Assembly: GCA_017621635.1 (NCBI GenBank)
Contig: JAGASU010000039.1
Coordinates: 1 to 46,303, forward strand
Source of the DNA: Alphaproteobacteria bacterium
GTDB taxonomy: Bacteria; Pseudomonadota; Alphaproteobacteria; RF32; CAG-239
Direction: 5' to 3'
DNA length: 46,303 nt
A program made the translations under genes and the position numbers. Position 1 is the first letter of the stretch, and each line of letters starts with the position of its first letter. This document shows, piece after piece, positions 17,290 through 24,957 of the stretch. The notes under the pieces were generated by a model. That model saw only the letters and a program-made list of their open reading frames with translations, had not been told where the DNA came from and ran no database searches.

Positions 17290-19367
17290 TGATTAATCCT
17301 AATCCTATAATTTCTGTTATTGTTCCTGTTTATAATGCAGAAAAATATTTATGCCAGTGCTTAGATAGCATAATTAATCAGACGTTTGAGGCAATAGAGA
17401 TTCTTTGTGTTGATGATGGCTCAACAGATTCGTCGTTGGCTATTTTGAATAGATATGCTTCTAAAGATGATCGTATAAAAGTTTTTTCTCAGAAAAATTC
17501 AGGTCCTGCTAAGGCTAGAAATGTTGGATTAGAAAATTCTTGCGGTGACTACATTATGTTTTGTGATGCCGATGATACGTATGAGCCTAATATGTGTGAA
17601 GAAATGTATCGGACTATTAATGACAAAAATGTTGATGTTGTTATGTGTAATATTTCTGCTTTTGATAAAAATATTCGTTTTTGTAATTCGGGATATTATT
17701 TTCCTTTTAAAGAGGGGACATATCAGGTTACAGATTTAATTAAAGAAAAAACAAATGTGTATTTGTGGAATAAGATTTTTAGAAGATCTTTAATCGACAT
17801 GTTTAGAATGAAATTTCCTGATGGTCATAAATCAGATGATAACGCTTTTATTTATCAATATTTAATGGCTTCTAAATCTATTTATTTTCTGGATGTAAAA
17901 TGTTATAATCATTATGAGTGTGAGAACTCTATAATGGATTTGTATCGTTCGGATGGAATTAAAATTGAAGATGTTTATGATAAAGTAGATATTATGCTCT
18001 TTGTGTATCGTTTTTTGCAAAAAAATAATTTAGTGTCTTTAAATAAAATATGTTTTTCAAATTTGTTTTATAATGAATTGTTTTATGCTTGGCAAAATCT
18101 TCCAAATCGGTGGATTTCTTTGTTTTTAAAGAGAGTTGCAACAGTGATAGATACAATTGGAGTGGAGAATTTTGAATATGAAGATATTGAAAAAAGATTG
18201 TTAATTGATAAATTAAAAGAAGAAGCGTTTTTTTCTGTTCAATATTTTTTAGATTTGAAGATTTTACAGGCAGGTAAAGTTCGGAGAAAATTTGTTGGCG
18301 AGGGTTTTCCTGAGCCTGCTTTTTCTGAAAAGGTTGTACCTGTCGTATTTAATTGTGATAGTAATTTTGTTAAGTATTTTTCTGTAGCATTGCAGTCTTT
18401 AGTGGAAAATATAACATCTGAATTTAACTATGATATAGTTATTTTAAACAATGATATTTCGGAACAACAGCAGGATACGATAATTAAATATTATGAATAT
18501 AAAAAAAATGTTTCAATTCGTTTTTATAATATGAATATACTTACCAAAAGTTTTAATATTGATAAACTTAAAACTGTTAATCATGTTAAATTAGCAGCTT
18601 ATTATCGTTTGTTTATTCCGACGATTTTTCAACATTATAATAAGGTTGTTTATTTAGATTCTGATATTATTTTAAAAAATGATATTTCTCAATTATTTAA
18701 AACTAATATTGATGATGTTGCCTGTGCAGCAGTGAAGGATGTTTTTGTTTCTAATGTGACGGCTGAAAATGAGCTTTATTTTAAAGGTTTTTATGAATAT
18801 AGTAAGACTGTTTTAGGTATTACAGATTTGAAGAAGTATTTTAATTCGGGAGTGATGTTATTTAATATAAAAAAGTGTTTGCGAGAAGATTATCAAATAA
18901 AGTTTATGGACGTTGCGCAAAGAAATAATAAGTATTTTAATGATCAAAATGTTTTAAATGCTGTGTTACAGAACGATGTAAAATTTTTAGATATCAATTG
19001 GAATGTGCAGTTAAATTTTACATGTCCTTTGGTTGTTCTGAATATGAACGAGTTTAGTAATTTGCATATTTTACATTTTTGTAGCCGGTTTAAACCATGG
19101 CAGAGGTCTTTTGAAGAAAGATATGATGATATTTGGTGGAAATATGCCAGGAAATCTCCTTTTTATGAGATTATACTTAGAGATTTTCTTACGGGGGAAC
19201 GTGAATCTCAATTTAGGCAAATTTTTACTTATAGAAAGGATAAATTAAAATATTTGCGTTATAAAATTTTATCAAAAATTACGTTTGGTAAAATGCGTAA
19301 GCATTATAAGCGGAAGAAAAAAGAGCTTAAAATGCGGTTGAAAGAGATTAAAAGGTTATTGAAATAA
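17289..19367 (+). CDS. Two-domain glycosyltransferase: N-terminal GT2 and C-terminal GT8, with a basic amphipathic tail
   Basis: GT2 part: ISVIVPVYNAEKYL...CVDDGSTD...IMFCDADD. GT8 part (from about residue 349, nt 18333): VPVVFNCDSNF...AAYYRLFIP...VVYLDSDI...NSGVMLFN...LHFCSRFKPW. The start overlaps the ugd stop (TAATG). GC is about 23-32% in sampled lines. Confidence 0.85.
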   Translation: MINPNPIISVIVPVYNAEKYLCQCLDSIINQTFEAIEILCVDDGSTDSSLAILNRYASKDDRIKVFSQKNSGPAKARNVGLENSCGDYIMFCDADDTYEPNMCEEMYRTINDKNVDVVMCNISAFDKNIRFCNSGYYFPFKEGTYQVTDLIKEKTNVYLWNKIFRRSLIDMFRMKFPDGHKSDDNAFIYQYLMASKSIYFLDVKCYNHYECENSIMDLYRSDGIKIEDVYDKVDIMLFVYRFLQKNNLVSLNKICFSNLFYNELFYAWQNLPNRWISLFLKRVATVIDTIGVENFEYEDIEKRLLIDKLKEEAFFSVQYFLDLKILQAGKVRRKFVGEGFPEPAFSEKVVPVVFNCDSNFVKYFSVALQSLVENITSEFNYDIVILNNDISEQQQDTIIKYYEYKKNVSIRFYNMNILTKSFNIDKLKTVNHVKLAAYYRLFIPTIFQHYNKVVYLDSDIILKNDISQLFKTNIDDVACAAVKDVFVSNVTAENELYFKGFYEYSKTVLGITDLKKYFNSGVMLFNIKKCLREDYQIKFMDVAQRNNKYFNDQNVLNAVLQNDVKFLDINWNVQLNFTCPLVVLNMNEFSNLHILHFCSRFKPWQRSFEERYDDIWWKYARKSPFYEIILRDFLTGERESQFRQIFTYRKDKLKYLRYKILSKITFGKMRKHYKRKKKELKMRLKEIKRLLK

Positions 19368-19388
19368 TGATTATTAAGGAGAACTGTT

Positions 19389-21080
19389 ATGGAAGAATAT
19401 TATAAGCCTAGAGTTGATGAAATTCAGGAATTTATTGAGATTGCACATGATTTTTCGAATCCGTTAGAAATTGTCAGAGAAGCGATTAGCAATTCGTTTG
19501 ATGCCGGTGCAAAAAATATAGGTATTTCATTTGCTATGGAAAATAAAGATGGTGACAACCTTCTAAAAATAATTTTAGAAGATGATGGTTGTGGTATGGG
19601 AAGAAAAGAACTGGAAGCTTTTTTTAATTTGGGGGATTCTACAAAAAGAGAAGACGAAGCCTGTATTGGCGAAAAAGGTCATGGAACAAAAGTATATTTT
19701 AACAGCTCTCGTGTTGAAGTATTCACAAGAAAAGGTGAAGAATGTTTATATGCACGAATGGATTTGCCTTTTAAAAAATTGTATAATAGAGAAATTCCTC
19801 AAGTTTTGATTCGTGAAGAAGATAGTTCAACTTGTTTAAAAGGGACAAAAATCATTGTTTGGGGGTATAATAATAATCAAAGGGAAAAATTCAGGCATAG
19901 TCTTTTAAAGGATTATATTTTTTGGTTTACAAAATTCGGCTCTATGGAAAAAGAATTTGGAATAACTGAAAATTGTGATGTCAAGTTACATTTGAAAGGA
20001 TTGGATAAAACAGAAGAAGAGGTTTTGGATTTTGGGCATGTTTTTCCGGACGATACTAAGAATTTGAACAAGTTATGGGAAGAATATGACGTTTATGCTC
20101 CTGACTATTATTGTAGAAAAATTGTAAAATCCGGATGTTTAGAAAATGCACCTGAAATCACGTATAATGCGATTTTTGTTATTGAGGGTAAAAAAGTTAA
20201 GTATAAATATAATGATATGTTACGCAGAAGCGGGTATGCGGCACCATTTGGCGCCTATACAGTACAAGAGAGATATGGGCTTTGGTTATGTAAAGATTTT
20301 ATACCAGTTCAGAGAAAAAATGAATGGGTTGTCAATAAAGGGAATGAATACACTCGATTGCATGCTTTTTTTAATTGTCAGGGGTTAAAATTAACCGCAA
20401 ACAGGGGGTCTGTTGAAAATACGCCGCATGATATATTAAAAGATATTAAGACGGAAGTTAAAAAGACTTTTGAAAGTATTTTGGAGAGTGATGATTGGCG
20501 GAACATTGATTGGTTGTCTGAACAGGTAGATGGATATAAGACTGTAACTAAAGAAAATAAAGATTTTAAATGGAGGGTGGAAAAAGTTAATGATTCGCGA
20601 ATCTGTTCTTATAACGATATTGTTTTAACAGAACCTAATCAAGAAAGCGGTGTATTGGCCTTATTTATGCAAATAGATATGCTTAATAGAGATTTATTTC
20701 CTTTTACGATTATTGATTATAATACGCATGAAGGAATTGATGTTATCGTAAAATCTAAAAATCAAAATTCTATTTCTGATAGCAAGTTATTTTATGTTGA
20801 GTTTAAACATATTCTAAAACATAAATTTAATCATTCTTTTGAGAATTTACATAGTATTGTTTGCTGGGATACTAAGTTAAAACATGATGAAATTTTAAAG
20901 GATATTAATGATGAAGAAAGACGTTTCTGCATTATTAAAGATGGTGATAAGAAGAAATACTTTTTAGATAATCCTAAAAAAGCACGTAAAATAGAAGTTA
21001 TTGTGCTAAAAGATTTTTTGAAAGATAATTTGGGACTAGAATTTCGTCCGCGGACAGAAGCTGATTGTTATTCACTTTAA
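19389..21080 (+). CDS. GHKL-superfamily ATPase (HATPase_c_3 type) with PD-(D/E)xK-like C-terminal module
   Basis: AAGGAGA SD. Bergerat-fold motifs are the N-box REAISNSFDAG (E31/N35/D38), G1 DDGCGMG (65-71) and G2 GEKGHGT (94-100). The C-terminus has E419 ... GIDVIV (D451) ... FYVEFKH (E471, K473). The ATPase call is firm; the nuclease call is tentative. Confidence 0.8.
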   Translation: MEEYYKPRVDEIQEFIEIAHDFSNPLEIVREAISNSFDAGAKNIGISFAMENKDGDNLLKIILEDDGCGMGRKELEAFFNLGDSTKREDEACIGEKGHGTKVYFNSSRVEVFTRKGEECLYARMDLPFKKLYNREIPQVLIREEDSSTCLKGTKIIVWGYNNNQREKFRHSLLKDYIFWFTKFGSMEKEFGITENCDVKLHLKGLDKTEEEVLDFGHVFPDDTKNLNKLWEEYDVYAPDYYCRKIVKSGCLENAPEITYNAIFVIEGKKVKYKYNDMLRRSGYAAPFGAYTVQERYGLWLCKDFIPVQRKNEWVVNKGNEYTRLHAFFNCQGLKLTANRGSVENTPHDILKDIKTEVKKTFESILESDDWRNIDWLSEQVDGYKTVTKENKDFKWRVEKVNDSRICSYNDIVLTEPNQESGVLALFMQIDMLNRDLFPFTIIDYNTHEGIDVIVKSKNQNSISDSKLFYVEFKHILKHKFNHSFENLHSIVCWDTKLKHDEILKDINDEERRFCIIKDGDKKKYFLDNPKKARKIEVIVLKDFLKDNLGLEFRPRTEADCYSL

Positions 21081-21090
21081 AAAAGTAGTT

Positions 21091-21115
21091 AGAGTCGGGT
21101 TACCGGCTCTTTTTT
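21091..21115 (+). terminator. Terminator of the glycan/GHKL operon (hairpin shared with the convergent gene end)
   Basis: Stem AGAGTCGG / CCGGCTCT (one G-U pair), loop GTTA, then T5. An A-run upstream makes it potentially bidirectional. It overlaps the stop codon of the minus-strand gene. Confidence 0.55.
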
Positions 21116-22323
21116 GTATTGCCGGCCAGAAGGAGTGTCGGGGTGGAAAGGGCTTGGTGGAGCTGGGTTAAGAGCTGGCGGTGGAGGTTTTGTTCGTTAT
21201 TTTCCGGATTGGAAAAAGCGGTGACGAGGGTGTAGGTTAGTTTGTCTTTGATTTCATTAAAGCCGATATAGGGTTCAAAAAGCTTGGTTTGGCTTGAAAA
21301 GTTTGTTTTCGGGTTATGTGCCTGAGCATTTTTGATTATTGCGGCAATGGCTGTGATTTCTTTAATTTGCGCAAGTTCTGTTTTTATGATTTCGGGGATT
21401 TGTTGCAAATCGTTTTCTACGGAAATTTCTTTTTCTGTCATTTCGGGTGTGGTTTGTTTGGCTTGATATTGAGAATGGCCTTTGGCGTCTATGGTTAGTT
21501 TTGCGGTTAAATTACGATCAAAAGGGGTACGGATGACGGCTTGTTTTTTGAAAATCGGGGTTAGCAGCGTGTTTTTGTATTCGACGAGGGTGTAGGCGTT
21601 GTATTCTGTTTCTTTGAGTTTGCATTGGATTGCGCGGGTTTCCAGATCATATGTTATCTGCAGTTTTCGTTTAAGGCGGTCACTACTTTGAGTGATTTGT
21701 TTTGTTATTTGTCCGGCGGAAATTTCGAGTGTTGTTTTATTGTCTGTAAATTCAGGGGTGTCACTGTCTGTTTCTTGTTTTACGGCTTCAAGGCTGAGGG
21801 ATTTGCCGTTTTTGCCGAGTGTGCTTTTTATGGTTTGATTGCGGGTTGTGGTATAACGATCCCCGACGTTATTTATTTCATTTTGGCGGGTTTCTGAAAA
21901 AGATTTGTCTTGCCCGTTAAATTCAGAAAGTTCGATTGAGGTTTGGGTGTTGATTTGGTATTTAGAGAGGGCTTTGCTGTCTGAAGTCTTTTTTTCAAGC
22001 CGGACAGTGTTTTTTTGCGTTGAAAAATCAATATTGACTGATGAATTTGGGCTTTGTGCTTCAATTTTTAAGCCAAAGTTGTCTGCGCTTTTGCCGGTAT
22101 GCTTTAACTTTGTGATTTTCATTTGCGGAGGGATTGAGAACTCGGCTTTGATGATTTCATGTAAAAGCGGGAGTGTTTGATTTGGGGTGAGAGGCGTTTG
22201 ATTTTGTGAAATTTGTCCGTTTGTCAAGGTTAAAATATCCGTGTTGCCTTTTTTGAAAAGAAGCTCATCGGGAGTGTTTTGATATAAAGTTATATCGTTT
22301 GACAGGGATATAGATGTTGACAT
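21100..22323 (-). CDS. Hypothetical T/Q/N/K-rich protein, no signal peptide or TM
   Basis: ORF trimmed to the ATG at 22323 (AAAGGAG SD 6 nt upstream). 407 aa, polar and predicted beta-rich, with no recognisable motif. Confidence 0.55.
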   Translation of the reverse strand: MSTSISLSNDITLYQNTPDELLFKKGNTDILTLTNGQISQNQTPLTPNQTLPLLHEIIKAEFSIPPQMKITKLKHTGKSADNFGLKIEAQSPNSSVNIDFSTQKNTVRLEKKTSDSKALSKYQINTQTSIELSEFNGQDKSFSETRQNEINNVGDRYTTTRNQTIKSTLGKNGKSLSLEAVKQETDSDTPEFTDNKTTLEISAGQITKQITQSSDRLKRKLQITYDLETRAIQCKLKETEYNAYTLVEYKNTLLTPIFKKQAVIRTPFDRNLTAKLTIDAKGHSQYQAKQTTPEMTEKEISVENDLQQIPEIIKTELAQIKEITAIAAIIKNAQAHNPKTNFSSQTKLFEPYIGFNEIKDKLTYTLVTAFSNPENNEQNLHRQLLTQLHQALSTPTLLLAGNTKKSR

Positions 22324-22386
22324 AGAGGCTCCTTTGTTCATTTTTCTTGACTTTAGCAAAAAAAATTAATTGTTTCAAGAAAAAAT

Positions 22387-22415
22387 ATTGACAAAATTTT
22401 GTTGAAGCGGTATGA
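22387..22415 (+). promoter_or_regulatory. Near-consensus sigma70 promoter
   Basis: TTGACA (22387-22392), a 17-nt spacer, then TATGAT (22410-22415), about 30 nt upstream of the ATG at 22445. Confidence 0.5.
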
Positions 22416-22444
22416 TTTGGTAAAATCTATTAATTTTGTATATT

Positions 22445-22912
22445 ATGAAAGTGTGTATTAAAATTCGGAAAAGCAGGATGTGGATACCTGCTTTGGGTGT
22501 GGTTTTAGCTTATGGCTTTCTCCACAATTGCGTTATTGCACCGCATACTGATTATCATGTGGTTGACTGGAATAATTTGATTTTGGGCTTTGCCGTGGTT
22601 ATCGGTATTGGTGGCGCAAGGGACGTTGTTTTGAAAAAATTTGCTTATTTGGGCGATGTGGTTGATCAGGATTCCGCCAAAGGGTTAGTTAGAAACAAGT
22701 TATGGATTCCGTTTATCGGTTGGTGTCTTGTTTTGGGCTTCTTTAACAATATCTGTCTGTGTCCGTATTTTGACGCGGTTAAGACGGTTGAGTGGAGCGG
22801 TTTGATGGCGGCGCTGAGTGTGTTGCTTACAGTTAGCGGAGCGCGTGATTATGGTATTTATTCGCGCCATCGTCAGAATGATGACGTTTCGATTCAGATG
22901 AGTGATGAGTAG
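22445..22912 (+). CDS. Small integral membrane protein built from two tandem 2-TM repeats
   Basis: Internal duplication: WIPALGVVLAYGFLHNCVIAP...VDWNNLILGFAVVIGIGGARD versus WIPFIGWCLVLGFFNNICLCP...VEWSGLMAALSVLLTVSGARD. The start is uncertain (TTG 22436, ATG 22445 or ATG 22478). Confidence 0.6.
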   Translation: MKVCIKIRKSRMWIPALGVVLAYGFLHNCVIAPHTDYHVVDWNNLILGFAVVIGIGGARDVVLKKFAYLGDVVDQDSAKGLVRNKLWIPFIGWCLVLGFFNNICLCPYFDAVKTVEWSGLMAALSVLLTVSGARDYGIYSRHRQNDDVSIQMSDE

Positions 22913-22918
22913 TAAAAA

Positions 22919-22952
22919 AGCTTCTGAACCTTTGGGTTCAGGAGCTTTTTTT
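22919..22952 (+). terminator. Strong rho-independent terminator
   Basis: 12-bp stem AGCTTCTGAACC / GGTTCAGGAGCT, loop TTTG, then T7. Confidence 0.75.
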
Positions 22953-23020
22953 GCGGGATTTAACTTTCTTTTTAGAGAATTGATGTAGACTGCCGTCAGA
23001 TAAGTTTGAGGTGTGTTGAT

Positions 23021-24295
23021 ATGAGCAAATACAGAATAATCGGAAATATGACGGGCAATTCAATGGATGCCGTTGATTTGGTTTTGACGGAATTTGACGG
23101 GGAGAAAATGGTTGATATTTGTACTTTCAGCCGTCCCTATTTGCAAGAAATGCGAGAAAAAACGGAGTGGCTCAGGGGGGCCGTTTTTAATAAAACGCGT
23201 GAAGAAATTGAGGCCATTCCGGAGTTTTTTAAGATTCATAATGAATACATTTGCGGAATTGCCGAGTGTATTGATGAAATGTGCCAAAAGTTTGGTATTG
23301 ATAAAAGAACAGTAGATGCCATAGGGTTTCACGGGAAAACACTTGACCACAATCCACCTTCTCGCGCAACAAGAGAGAAAACGAAGCCTTATACTTTACA
23401 AATGGGGTCAGGGCAAATGCTGGCGGATTTGAGTGGGATAAAGGTGGTTTATGATTTTCGCTCTGATTTTGTGATGGCGGGGTTTGATGGAGCGCCAATG
23501 GCTGCGCCGCATAACGCGCGAATAGCGGCAATTGAGGGAGATGGGTGTTATTTTAATGGCGGAAATACGGCAAATTTTGCGCTTATTGCCGGCAAAAAAG
23601 CGGTTTTTGCCACTGATACGGGGCCTTTTAATGAATATACGGATAATTTTATCAGGCAAAATTCCGCTTATGCGTATGATGTTGACGGAATGTTTGGCAA
23701 ACAAGGACAGCTTGATGAGAAGATGGTGGCTTTTTTGTTTGATATCGGGCGGAAATATTATGAACAGGCGTTACCGAAATCCGGTGATCCGGCTTATTAT
23801 TTTAAGGAAGATGTTTTTGAATATGTGCGAAAGCGCGGCATTTTGTTTGAAAACGCGGTGCGGACATTTGAATATTTTGCGGCTTATATTGCGGTTCAGG
23901 CGTTAAGTCTTGTGCCGGCTGCAATCGAAATTCCCAAAAACATAGTTTTATTTGGCGGGGGCTGGAAAAATCCGGTGGTGTATGGTGATTTTTGTGCGCT
24001 TCTTGGCGGGAACGGGTTTGTTTTGCCGGAGCATAAAGAGATGTTTGCTTCTCTGTTGAGGCGATGTTCGGGTGGTTTTAAGGTGCGATATTCTGATTTC
24101 GGCGCGTATATGGAAGCGCGGGCTTTTGCCGATATGGCGCGATGTCGACTCGAGGAACAGGGGTGGAACGTACCGGAGGTAATGGGGCAAAAAATTATTG
24201 CCGGACGGATTGCTTTGCCCCAAAAAAAGAGTGATTGTTTTTATGATGATTGTCTTTGTCGGGCGGCGAAAGGCTGGCAGCGGGAAAAGAAATGA
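23021..24295 (+). CDS. anmK: Anhydro-N-acetylmuramic acid kinase family protein (divergent)
   Basis: Trimmed to the ATG at 23021. It aligns by eye to E. coli AnmK blocks: GNSMDAVD (GTSLDGVD), GFHGKTLDH (GCHGQTVWH), LQMGSGQ...YDFRSDFVMAGFDGAPM (LQIGDNN...GDFRRRDIALGGQGAPL), DTGPFN (DTGPGN), LFGGGWKNP (VCGGGSRNP). Confidence 0.8.
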   Translation: MSKYRIIGNMTGNSMDAVDLVLTEFDGEKMVDICTFSRPYLQEMREKTEWLRGAVFNKTREEIEAIPEFFKIHNEYICGIAECIDEMCQKFGIDKRTVDAIGFHGKTLDHNPPSRATREKTKPYTLQMGSGQMLADLSGIKVVYDFRSDFVMAGFDGAPMAAPHNARIAAIEGDGCYFNGGNTANFALIAGKKAVFATDTGPFNEYTDNFIRQNSAYAYDVDGMFGKQGQLDEKMVAFLFDIGRKYYEQALPKSGDPAYYFKEDVFEYVRKRGILFENAVRTFEYFAAYIAVQALSLVPAAIEIPKNIVLFGGGWKNPVVYGDFCALLGGNGFVLPEHKEMFASLLRRCSGGFKVRYSDFGAYMEARAFADMARCRLEEQGWNVPEVMGQKIIAGRIALPQKKSDCFYDDCLCRAAKGWQREKK

Positions 24296-24957
24296 ACGAA
24301 AATGTGTTAGAGAAATGTGTGTTTGACGAAGCAAAGCTTTTGGCTTTCGGGTTTTGCCCTCAAGAAGGAAAGTTTGTTTATACAGAAAAGATTTTAGACG
24401 GGCAGTTTCGGTTGGAAGTTTGTATTTTTAAGAATGGAGAGGCCGGTTGGGAGGTGTTTGATGAGGATACGGGGGAGATTTATACTTTGGCCAAGGTTTT
24501 CGGGGCCGAAGGCGCTTTTGTGGGTGAAGTGCGGCTTCAGGTGGGGGAGATTTTAGAGCGAATCGTTCATAAATGCGGAACAGAAAAAGTTTTTAAAAGC
24601 TTACAGAGCGAACAAATTGAGCGGTATGTTAGAGAAAAGTATGGCTGTGATTTTGAATATTTATGGGAGAAAACACCGGATAACGCGGTTTTTCGGCGTC
24701 AAGATAACAAAAAATGGATCGGGGCAGTATTGACTGTTGCGGAAAATAAGATTTACGGAAATTTGCAAAAAAAAATAGAGATTCTTGATTTTCGTGCCAA
24801 ACCGGAAGAGATTGAAGAAATTGTGGACGGGAAAAAATATTTTTCGGGTTATCATATGAATAAAAAACATTGGGTGACGGTTTGCCTTAACGGTTCGGTT
24901 GACATTGAGGAAATATTTTACAGAATTGATGAGAGCTATTTGTTGGCTAAAAAATAA
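24292..24957 (+). CDS. MmcQ/YjbR-family protein with an extra N-terminal domain
   Basis: Start set at the ATG at 24292, which overlaps the anmK stop (ATGA). The C-terminal half (YLWEKTPDNAVFRRQDNKKWIGAVL...GYHMNKKHWVTVCLNG) fits the YjbR pattern. Confidence 0.7.
   Translation: MNENVLEKCVFDEAKLLAFGFCPQEGKFVYTEKILDGQFRLEVCIFKNGEAGWEVFDEDTGEIYTLAKVFGAEGAFVGEVRLQVGEILERIVHKCGTEKVFKSLQSEQIERYVREKYGCDFEYLWEKTPDNAVFRRQDNKKWIGAVLTVAENKIYGNLQKKIEILDFRAKPEEIEEIVDGKKYFSGYHMNKKHWVTVCLNGSVDIEEIFYRIDESYLLAKK

Noticed and set aside
17289-21115. Classical mobile element (IS, integrative island or prophage remnant) explaining the AT-rich island
   Set aside because: I could find no transposase, integrase or recombinase ORF, no tRNA or attachment-site-like direct repeats, and no terminal inverted repeats. 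The boundaries coincide with an operon junction and a terminator instead.
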